Numbered from the stretch's first letter, positions 1-6,722 are shown. The stretch is DNA of 9,362 nt from Thermotogota bacterium (GCA_039679545.1 JBDKUT010000035.1:1-9362); one strand, 5' to 3'. Notes: a model not told the origin generated them from the sequence alone. Translations and numbers: made by a program.

Positions 1-145
1 CGGCGGCGGCGTCCGCCCTTGACTCGCTCCATTGACGCGCCACGTCCGTCACGTACCCGGCCGCCCTCAGGGCCTCTTTGGCAGCCCGGCACCGCGCAGC
101 CGACGAGCTGACGATGAGGATGTTCCCGCTCGCGCTCTCGCTCAA
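1..145 (-). CDS. Partial CDS (5' end only, runs off window); N-terminus resembles a degenerate response-regulator receiver (REC-like) domain
   Basis: Not in the ORF track. TTG at 145-143 overlaps the era TGA (TTGA) and is preceded by GGGGG. The frame is open to position 1: MSESASGNILIVSSSAARCRAAKEALRAAGYVTDVARQWSESRADAAA. The ILIV...L..AGY.T.VA pattern matches REC beta1-alpha1-beta2, but with SSS where DD is expected. Confidence 0.55.
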   Translation of the reverse strand, partial: MSESASGNILIVSSSAARCRAAKEALRAAGYVTDVARQWSESRADAAA

Positions 146-1041
146 GACGCCCCCGTCAGCTGGCGCACCTCGCGCTCGTTCTTCGTCCATCCCGGGAGAA
201 CGGTCACCGCGAGCTCGAGGAAGACCCGGTGCCCCAAAAACGTCTCGATGTCGGCGCGGGCCAGGGTCCCGATCCGCTTGATCAGCTTTCCTCCCTTTCC
301 AATCACAATTCCCTTCTGCGATTCCCTGTCGACGATGATTTCGGCCTTGATCTCGACCAGGCCGTCGTCGCGCTCCTCCACCCACTTCACTCGCACGGCA
401 AGGGAGTGGGGAACCTCGTCGTACGTCAGCTCGGTGACTTTCTCGCGAATCAGTTCTTGAATGAGGAAAGCCTCACCACGGTCGCACTTCACGTCGGGGG
501 AGAAGAGCACCGGCGATGGCGGAAGGTAGCGCGTCAGCGTCTTCACCAAGTCGTCGAGGCCCTTCGAGGTGCGTGCCGAGACCGGGATGAGCTCGGCAAA
601 GGCTCCAAGCTCCGCGTAGGCAAGGAGGGTCTCCTCGAGGTCGTTCCCCCGAGCGAGGTCGATCTTGTTCACCGCGAGGATGAGCGGGAACCCCTCCTGC
701 GCGAGGCCACCGATCGCTTGCCGATCCTCGTTTTCAACGCGCCGCCACGGTTCCACAACGTAGACGGCCAAGTCGAGGCCCCGCGCACTGCGGTGGCTCT
801 CACGAAGGAGCTGACGGCCGAGGAGTGTCTTGGCCCGATGAAGCCCCGGTGTATCGACGAAAACGATCTGCGCTTCAGCCGTGGTTAGCACACAGCGAAT
901 GCTGCACCGGGTTGTCTGCGGCTTCGCCGACGTGATCACGACCTTCTCGCCGAGCACTGCGTTTAGGAGCGTGGATTTGCCGACGTTCGTCTGGCCGAAA
1001 AGGCCCACGTAACCAGCACGGAATTGCAGATCCTGTGTCAT
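142..1041 (-). CDS. era: GTPase Era (30S ribosome biogenesis; G domain + KH domain)
   Basis: G1 GQTNVGKSTL, G2 KPQTTR, G3 DTPG, G4 NKID, G5 VSA; KH-region EVPHS and SQKGIVIGKGG; 299 aa. Confidence 0.97.
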   Translation of the reverse strand: MTQDLQFRAGYVGLFGQTNVGKSTLLNAVLGEKVVITSAKPQTTRCSIRCVLTTAEAQIVFVDTPGLHRAKTLLGRQLLRESHRSARGLDLAVYVVEPWRRVENEDRQAIGGLAQEGFPLILAVNKIDLARGNDLEETLLAYAELGAFAELIPVSARTSKGLDDLVKTLTRYLPPSPVLFSPDVKCDRGEAFLIQELIREKVTELTYDEVPHSLAVRVKWVEERDDGLVEIKAEIIVDRESQKGIVIGKGGKLIKRIGTLARADIETFLGHRVFLELAVTVLPGWTKNEREVRQLTGAS

Positions 1042-1130
1042 AGTACAACGTCTTGCCCACGCCCGCGGAAGGCTTGAAGCACCGTCACTCGTTCGCGCTT
1101 CTCACGTCCCCCCAAGACGCCGGTTGTTGC

Positions 1131-1159
1131 AGTATACGCATCGGAAACGTCGTTGTAAA
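1131..1159 (-). promoter_or_regulatory. Putative sigma70-type promoter for era (TTTACA-N17-TATACT)
   Basis: Minus-strand -35 TTTACA (1159-1154), 17-nt spacer, -10 TATACT (1136-1131). Predicted TSS near 1124. Confidence 0.65.
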
Positions 1160-1181
1160 GCGAAGGTTCGCATCCTATACT
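1153..1181 (+). promoter_or_regulatory. Putative sigma70-type promoter for the hutI-like-ispE-cmk-plsC-rpsA-hup operon (TTGTAA-N17-TATACT)
   Basis: -35 TTGTAA 1153-1158, 17-nt spacer, -10 TATACT 1176-1181, 14 nt upstream of ATG 1196. Confidence 0.65.
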
Positions 1182-1195
1182 TCGCCCGGTGCTCC

Positions 1196-2335
1196 ATGAA
1201 CACGCTCGTGACCAACATCCGCCAGCTCGTCACTCCGACCGGAGCAGAGCCGGCCCACGGCGAGCGAATGGGAGTCCTGTTAGTCAGGGAGAACGTTCAC
1301 ATCCTCCTTCGCGGCGACCGCGTGGCCGCCGTCTCGGACACCCGCCCGAGCGAAAAGGTGGATGCCGTGATCGACGCGACGGGCGGCATTGTGCTTCCAG
1401 GCTTCATCGATCCGTTCTTTTGGGCCGCCGACCCGGCGAATCCCGACACCACGAGCCTTTCGCCCGCAACGCTCCTCGATCGACGGGCCGCGTCGGCGCT
1501 CGCTCAGCTCATCCGCCACGGCACGACAGCCGTCGAGGTCCGCACGCCAGCCGTCCCCAGTTGGCACCGCGCGGAAGAGATCCTCGCGCCCGTTGAACTG
1601 GCCGCGCGCCAATCGTGCGTTCGAATCCACGCTTGCTTCCTGGGGGTCCCCCCCGCCCAGCCGCCCCGTTCCTCCGACGACCGAATCTCGGTCCTGATCG
1701 GCGAGACAATCCCGGGAGTCCAGCGCCATCGGCTGGCATCGTGCTGTGCCGTCCTCTGCGGCGACGGCGGTTACAACCGCAAGGAAGCGAAGGCGATCCT
1801 CCGAGCCGCGCACGGCGCCGGACTCGGCATCAAGGTCCAGGTGTCAGGCCCCGGTAGCGACGCCGTTCTCCTCGCGTCCGAACTTGAGACCACGACGCTG
1901 GATCACCTCATTCGTGCAAGCCGTGCTGAACTCGAACGGCTCCGGCTGGCCGACGTGATCCCCGTACTACTTCCCGGCGACCCGTTCCTCCCCGGCCTCC
2001 CCTGGGCGAACGCGCGGGGAATGCTCGACGCGGGGCTTGCCGTAGCGCTCGGGAGCGGGGCCGCTGCCACCGGAGCTGGAATCTTGTCGATGGCCACGAT
2101 CCTCTCGTTGGCGGTGCGCGCGATGGGTCTCAACCTCGCCGAGGCGATCACGGCGATTACGCTGAACGCCGCGGCGGCCCTCGGCCTCGCTCACCAGCTG
2201 GGCACCGTCGAGCCCGGAAAGCAGGCGGACCTTCTCATCCTCGACCTCGACAACTACCGGCAGATCAGCGACTTCGTCGTCGGCCTTCCGGTCCGAGAGG
2301 TCGTCGCCGGAGGCAAGGTCGTATGCCGGACATGA
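1196..2335 (+). CDS. Imidazolonepropionase (HutI)-like amidohydrolase-fold protein, probably catalytically inactive (379 aa from ATG 1196)
   Basis: HutI scaffold motifs: N-terminal LVTNIRQLVT, IDATGGIVLPGFIDP, HGTTAVEV, DHL, VLLPG, ARGMLDAG.AVALG, EAITAITLNAAAALG, GTVEPGKQADL. Metal and substrate residues are replaced (see findings). The start was moved from 1124 to 1196 because the promoter lies at 1153-1181 and HutI similarity starts at MNTLV. Confidence 0.85.
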   Translation: MNTLVTNIRQLVTPTGAEPAHGERMGVLLVRENVHILLRGDRVAAVSDTRPSEKVDAVIDATGGIVLPGFIDPFFWAADPANPDTTSLSPATLLDRRAASALAQLIRHGTTAVEVRTPAVPSWHRAEEILAPVELAARQSCVRIHACFLGVPPAQPPRSSDDRISVLIGETIPGVQRHRLASCCAVLCGDGGYNRKEAKAILRAAHGAGLGIKVQVSGPGSDAVLLASELETTTLDHLIRASRAELERLRLADVIPVLLPGDPFLPGLPWANARGMLDAGLAVALGSGAAATGAGILSMATILSLAVRAMGLNLAEAITAITLNAAAALGLAHQLGTVEPGKQADLLILDLDNYRQISDFVVGLPVREVVAGGKVVCRT

Positions 2336-3174
2336 CGATCGACCTGTTGGCGTACGCCAAACTGAACCTGTCCCTGCGTGTACGCGGCCGGCGCCCCGAC
2401 GGGTACCACGAGATCGATTCGATCGTGCAGACCATCGACCTCGCCGATCGTCTGCGCATTCATGTAGCCGAAGGAGATGGCCTGCGCGTCACGAACGACC
2501 TCCCGGGGCTCGAGGGACCAGACCTGGCCGCGAGAGCCGCGACCGCCGCCCTCGCGACGAAGGACGCGCGGCGCGACATCACGATCGATGTCAGGAAAGG
2601 CATTCCGGCCGGCGCCGGGCTCGGTGGCGGGTCCTCGGACGCCGCTGCGGTGCTCCGATCTCTCGATCTCGTCGTCCCGCCTGTGCTGCCCGGCCATCAG
2701 CTTCACGATGTCGCGGCTCAGCTTGGATCCGATGTCCCGCTGTTCCTGGTCGGAGGCTGTGTCCGCATCCGAGGTCGCGGCGAGCAGTTGGAGTCATGCC
2801 CGGAGCTGCGGACGGAGACGTTCACGGTTCTCGTCCCTCCGATCCATTGTGCGACACCGGTCGTCTATGCCACCTGGCACGCGCACCCTGCGTCCACAGA
2901 TGCTCCTTGCGCCCTTGGGGCAAACGATCTTCTTGCCCCGGCGCTCGCGACGCATCCGGCCCTCCTCCCGTATGATCGGGCGATTCGTGGCCTCGGGGGC
3001 CACTACGCGGGGATGAGCGGGAGCGGATCCGCATTCTACGCGGCGTTTGTGGAGTCTTCGGAGGCGCGCTGTGCCGCTGACGTTCTCGAGCGCATGTTTC
3101 CGGAGGCGAGGGTGTTCCTGTGCCGGCCGACGCCCTCCGCAAGCCGCCGGGTCAATGAGGGGAGGACGACGTGA
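2323..3174 (+). CDS. ispE: 4-diphosphocytidyl-2-C-methyl-D-erythritol kinase (MEP pathway, GHMP kinase)
   Basis: AKLNLSL, DGYHEI, KGIPAGAGLGGGSSDAAA, LGSDVP, NDL and MSGSGS motifs. GGAGG at 2309-2313 precedes ATG 2323. An alternative ATG at 2332 forms an ATGA overlap with the upstream stop. Confidence 0.95.
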   Translation: MPDMTIDLLAYAKLNLSLRVRGRRPDGYHEIDSIVQTIDLADRLRIHVAEGDGLRVTNDLPGLEGPDLAARAATAALATKDARRDITIDVRKGIPAGAGLGGGSSDAAAVLRSLDLVVPPVLPGHQLHDVAAQLGSDVPLFLVGGCVRIRGRGEQLESCPELRTETFTVLVPPIHCATPVVYATWHAHPASTDAPCALGANDLLAPALATHPALLPYDRAIRGLGGHYAGMSGSGSAFYAAFVESSEARCAADVLERMFPEARVFLCRPTPSASRRVNEGRTT

Positions 3175-3785
3175 GGATCGCCATCGATGGTCCAGCCGCA
3201 TCGGGGAAGACATCGCTCGGACGAGCGCTCGCCCAGCAGTTCGGGTGCCGGTTCATCGAGACCGGGAAGATGTACCGGGCCGTCGCCCTCGGCCTGGTGC
3301 GCGGCCTCTCGCTCGATCGGATCGTCATCGATGTCGCCGAGCCGGAGCGGTTCCTCCTGAACGGGGAAGACGTCACCGACCTTCTCCACACCCCTGAGTT
3401 GGATCAGGCATCTTCGGAAGCGGGAACACGCCCTGAAGTCCGCGCGCGTCTGGTCGCCCTCCAGCGACGGATCGCCACAGGCATCGACGTCGTGATGGAG
3501 GGACGCGACATCGGCACGGTCGTCCTGCCCGACGCCGACGTCAAGATCTTCCTCCAGGCAAGCCCCGACGTGCGTGCCCGGCGCCGTGTCGACCAACGAG
3601 CCGGCGCAGATGTCGGTCGGACCCTTCACGAACTGCTCGTTCGCGATCGGAGAGACTCGACACGGGCGATCGCACCCTTGAACCCCGCTTCTGATGCGAC
3701 TATAATCGACACGGATCGAAAGACCCTCGCAGAGGTCATTTCCGAGGCAGTCAACCTGGTTAAGGAGCGGTTACTAGGACATTGA
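3171..3785 (+). CDS. cmk: Cytidylate kinase
   Basis: IAIDGPAASGKT P-loop, TG.MYRA, VMEGRDIGTVVLPDA.VKIFL.AS, RARRR, RD.RD..R..APL. GTG start overlaps the ispE TGA; SD GGAGG 3161-3165. Confidence 0.96.
   Translation: MRIAIDGPAASGKTSLGRALAQQFGCRFIETGKMYRAVALGLVRGLSLDRIVIDVAEPERFLLNGEDVTDLLHTPELDQASSEAGTRPEVRARLVALQRRIATGIDVVMEGRDIGTVVLPDADVKIFLQASPDVRARRRVDQRAGADVGRTLHELLVRDRRDSTRAIAPLNPASDATIIDTDRKTLAEVISEAVNLVKERLLGH
3678..3706 (+). promoter_or_regulatory. Putative internal sigma70 promoter within cmk (TTGAAC-N17-TATAAT) for plsC-rpsA-hup
   Basis: TTGAAC 3678-3683, 17-nt spacer, perfect TATAAT 3701-3706, encoded with AT-ending codons (GCT TCT GAT...ACT ATA) that are atypical for these GC-rich genes. 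Confidence 0.7.
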
Positions 3786-4417
3786 CGCGACGCCTACGCA
3801 TCGTTGCCAAGAACGTCTTCTACACGGGCGCCGTCTGTCTCCTGCGCCTCGTTCTCGGACTCCTCTTCCGACTTCGGGTCAAAGGGAGGGCGAACGTCAA
3901 GCGAAATGAAGGATACATCGCTGTCGCCCGGCATCGGAGTTACTGGGACATCCCGTTGCTCGCGGCCGCGATGGGGATCCGCAATCGGATCCACTTCATC
4001 TCCCGCAAAGGACTGATGAAATCGAACCCTCTCGTTCAACCGCTGATCCATGCCTACTCGACGATCATCGATCGCGAGAACTTCGGGAAGTCGGACTTCC
4101 GTCGGATGCTCGAGGCCGTCAGGACCGAGCGACTCGTAGCGATCTTCCCGGAGGGCACGACACGCAAGCAGGTCGACGCCAAGGCTGGCGCCGTCTACTT
4201 CGCTTCGCTCGTCGGGAAGGCCATCGTCCCAGTCAACATCCGCTCTCAGGGACCGTACCCGCCAAAGTACCCGTTCCGCTTCCCGCGGATCACCGTGTCG
4301 ATCGGCGAGCCCGTGACCATCGAGGCTCTTGGGCGCGACGTGAGCGAAGCGGGATGCAGATCGGAGAAGCTTCGCGCGATGAGCGATCGGCTCATGGAGT
4401 GCGTGGATCGGGCATGA
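3782..4417 (+). CDS. plsC: 1-acyl-sn-glycerol-3-phosphate acyltransferase (PlsC/LPLAT family)
   Basis: HxxxxD motif HRSYWD, block II FISRKGL, block III IFPEGTT, IVPV. TTG start overlaps the cmk TGA. Substrate specificity is inferred from family and context. Confidence 0.88.
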   Translation: MTRRLRIVAKNVFYTGAVCLLRLVLGLLFRLRVKGRANVKRNEGYIAVARHRSYWDIPLLAAAMGIRNRIHFISRKGLMKSNPLVQPLIHAYSTIIDRENFGKSDFRRMLEAVRTERLVAIFPEGTTRKQVDAKAGAVYFASLVGKAIVPVNIRSQGPYPPKYPFRFPRITVSIGEPVTIEALGRDVSEAGCRSEKLRAMSDRLMECVDRA

Positions 4418-4499
4418 TGAGTGTAAGATGCAACTCGCGGAAGTGGGCCGGGCGCCCCAGCGCGCGCCGGGAAGCGAAGTCCGGATCTGGCAGTGGAGC

Positions 4500-6299
4500 A
4501 TGGAACAGAAAATAAAGATGGAGGACGCTTTCTCTGAAAGCGATGTCAAGACGTACAGCCGCGGAGACACCATCTCCGGGACTGTCGTTCAGGTGAGCGA
4601 CAACGAGATCCTCGTCGACATCGGATACAAGTCCGAAGGGATCCTTCCGGTGTCGGAGCTGTCCCCGTTCCGCCCCGGTGGAAAGATCGAGCAGGGCGAG
4701 CACATCGAAGTGCTCGTGACCTACATCGACGAGGAGAAGGGGACCGTCTACGCGTCCGAGAAGCAGGCCGAGTACGAGAAGCGCATCGACGGCCTTGAGG
4801 CCGCGTACCACGAAGGGCACGTTGTCGAAGGCGAAATCACAAGCGAAGTCAAGGGTGCGGGGTACCACGTCAACCTCGACGGAATCCGCGCCTTCCTACC
4901 GGGTTCGCACCTCGGCGGGGATCTGCCGAGCAGCATCGACGAACTGCGCGGCAAGAGGATCCAGTTCAAGATCCTCGAGCTGTCGCGGCGCGACAAGAAC
5001 CTGGTGGTTTCCCACAAGGAGTTCATCAAGGAGCGCGAGCGGTTGCGACGCAAGGCGCTCTTTGACTCTCTCACGCCCGACCAGGAACTCGACGGCGTCG
5101 TACGCAGCATCGTCGACTTCGGGCTCTTCGTCGACATCGGCGGCTTCGAGGGCCTCGTTCACCGATCCGAGATCGCGTGGAAAGACCTCCCGGTTCCGCC
5201 TGCCGAGTACAAGATCGGCAGTCCGGTCAAGGTCAAGGTCATCGACTTCGACCGCGAGAAGGGCAAGGTGTCCCTCTCGATCAAGCGGCTCCGCCCGAAC
5301 CCGTGGGACGGCATCTCCAAGCGCTACTCGACCGGTACCCAGGTCGACGGGAAGGTTGTCAGCGTTACCGACTTCGGCGCGTTCGTCGAACTCGAACAGG
5401 ACGTTGAAGGGCTGGTCCACGTTTCTGAGCTCTCGTGGGGACATCCGGAGAACCCCAAGGATGTCGTCAGCGAAGGGGACGTTGTTCCGGTCGTCGTCCT
5501 GAGTTGTGACGAAGATGCGCACCGAATCAGCTTGTCGCTCCGGCGGACCCAGCGCGATCCGTGGGAGGATGCGGAGAGCAAGTACCCGCGGGGACAAGTG
5601 GTCACGGGCGTAGTTACGAAAATCACCGACTTCGGCGCGTTCATCAAGCTCGAAGAGGGGATCGAGGGACTCGTCCACGTGTCGGAGATCGACTGGGGCC
5701 ACGTCAACCACCCGCGCGACCTTCTCAAGGAAGGCGATTCGGTCGACGTCAAGGTGCTCGGCGTCGATTCACGGGAGCGCCGCATCTCGCTCAGCATCCG
5801 CGAGCTGAAGGACAACCCGTGGCGCCGCTTCGTCGACCAGTACGCGATTGACCAGATCGTCGAGGGTGAGATCACCGAGATCAAGGACTTCGGCGCGTTC
5901 ATGAAGATCACCGACGACGTCGATGGGCTCATCCACGTCTCGGAGATCTCCAACGAGCGAATCGCGACCCCCGCGGACGTCCTGGCCGTCGGCTCGAAGG
6001 TTCAGGCGAAGATCATCGGGATCAACGAGGAGAAGCACCAGGTTCGCTTGAGCATGCGGAACCTGTTCGGCCCCCCCGAGGTTCCGACGGCGCCCGTCGA
6101 CGAGAGCGACCGCGATCGAGGAGGCAAGGGACGACGCCGTCGTGGTGCCGCTCCCGGAACTCCCACGGGCGGCAAGGAGCGAGGTCCGAAGGCGCGAGAA
6201 CGCGAGCGCGTCGACCGACGCTTCCTCGACGAAGGCGGGCACGAGTCGCTTAGCATGCGCGATCTGCTCGGCAAAGCGGGCATTGACGACGAATCCTAG
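4500..6299 (+). CDS. rpsA: 30S ribosomal protein S1, six S1 domains plus a ~75-aa low-complexity C-terminal tail
   Basis: D1 VDIGYKSEG, D2 IRAFLPGS, D3-D6 with DFG(L/A)F and GL(V/I)H.SE(I/L) motifs; downstream of cmk-plsC. Start is uncertain: ATG 4500 or 4518 is more likely than 4428. Confidence 0.97.
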   Translation: MEQKIKMEDAFSESDVKTYSRGDTISGTVVQVSDNEILVDIGYKSEGILPVSELSPFRPGGKIEQGEHIEVLVTYIDEEKGTVYASEKQAEYEKRIDGLEAAYHEGHVVEGEITSEVKGAGYHVNLDGIRAFLPGSHLGGDLPSSIDELRGKRIQFKILELSRRDKNLVVSHKEFIKERERLRRKALFDSLTPDQELDGVVRSIVDFGLFVDIGGFEGLVHRSEIAWKDLPVPPAEYKIGSPVKVKVIDFDREKGKVSLSIKRLRPNPWDGISKRYSTGTQVDGKVVSVTDFGAFVELEQDVEGLVHVSELSWGHPENPKDVVSEGDVVPVVVLSCDEDAHRISLSLRRTQRDPWEDAESKYPRGQVVTGVVTKITDFGAFIKLEEGIEGLVHVSEIDWGHVNHPRDLLKEGDSVDVKVLGVDSRERRISLSIRELKDNPWRRFVDQYAIDQIVEGEITEIKDFGAFMKITDDVDGLIHVSEISNERIATPADVLAVGSKVQAKIIGINEEKHQVRLSMRNLFGPPEVPTAPVDESDRDRGGKGRRRRGAAPGTPTGGKERGPKARERERVDRRFLDEGGHESLSMRDLLGKAGIDDES

Positions 6300-6339
6300 T
6301 CCAAAGGTACTTGTGCAGAGTAAGCAAGGAGGATTGTAG

Positions 6340-6651
6340 ATGAACAAGGGCGAATTCATCGATCGGCTGGCCGACAAGTCGAGCCTGACGAAGAAGGAAG
6401 CGAGAAAGCTCCTCGACGGAGTCCTCGATCTGATCCAGAGCACCCTCCTCGAGGGCGAGGAGGTCAAGCTCGTCGGGTTCGGGAAGTTCGCTGTCCGCGC
6501 TCGCAAGGCGAGCAGTCGCATCAACCCGCAGACCAAGCGCCCGATTCAGGTCGAGGCGAAGGTCGTTCCCCTGTTCAAGCCGGGAAAGGAGCTGAAGCGG
6601 CGGATCGAGAAGGCCCTCAAGGTCGCGCCGAAGGGCGTCACGCGAAAGTAG
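6340..6651 (+). CDS. hup: DNA-binding protein HU (HU/IHF family)
   Basis: MNK.E.I, GEEVKLVGFGKF, NPQT, VP.FKPGKELK; AGGAGG SD upstream; short basic C-terminal extension. Confidence 0.95.
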   Translation: MNKGEFIDRLADKSSLTKKEARKLLDGVLDLIQSTLLEGEEVKLVGFGKFAVRARKASSRINPQTKRPIQVEAKVVPLFKPGKELKRRIEKALKVAPKGVTRK

Positions 6652-6664
6652 CGTGACGCTTTTC
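6630..6664 (+). terminator. Intrinsic terminator-like hairpin overlapping the hup 3' end
   Basis: Perfect 9-bp stem GCGTCACGC (6635-6643)/GCGTGACGC (6651-6659), loop GAAAGTA, followed by TTTT. Extendable to 14 bp with two G-U pairs. Confidence 0.7.
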
Positions 6665-6682
6665 ACCCCAGCGAAATGACCC

Positions 6683-6722
6683 AACGGCCGGCGACAAACG
6701 CCGGCCGTTCTCTTCGTCTCTT
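6683..6722. terminator. Second hairpin between convergent hup and gmk; probable (possibly bidirectional) terminator
   Basis: Perfect 11-bp stem AACGGCCGGCG (6683-6693)/CGCCGGCCGTT (6699-6709), loop ACAAA, then pyrimidine tract CTCTTCGTCTCTT. Confidence 0.7.

Noticed and set aside
1040..1045. Second -10-like TACTAT overlapping the era ATG (minus strand)
   Set aside because: It would start transcription inside the CDS with no suitable downstream start codon before the G1 motif, and has no -35.
1085..1105. Mini-ORF GTG-AGA-AGC-GCG-AAC-GAG-TGA (MRSANE) in the era leader, minus strand
   Set aside because: The G-run is only 2 nt from the GTG, and nothing in the peptide suggests attenuation; likely chance.
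1189..1596. GTG at 1189 lies 7 nt after the -10 box and could start a leaderless 135-aa ORF
   Set aside because: The product is an Arg/Pro-rich out-of-frame shadow of the HutI-like gene with no recognisable features.
1610..1760. Cys cluster in the HutI-like protein (SCVRIHAC, SCCAVLC) as a new metal site
   Set aside because: CCAVLC aligns with the FCDVFCE-type strand of ordinary HutI proteins, so these Cys are probably inherited; there is no evidence for a new site without a structural model.
1196..2335. Calling this gene functional hutI or a pseudogene
   Set aside because: All metal ligands are missing, so functional HutI is unsupported. The ORF is full length and uninterrupted with a promoter and a coupled downstream gene, so pseudogene is also unsupported.
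5370..5900. Exact 15-nt repeat GACTTCGGCGCGTTC at 5370, 5628 and 5886 (period 258 nt)
   Set aside because: Encodes the DFGAF motif of S1 domains 4-6 (86-codon period); not a CRISPR array or DNA repeat element.
6283..6313. TTGACG at the end of rpsA as a possible hup promoter
   Set aside because: No acceptable -10 hexamer at 16-18 nt spacing.
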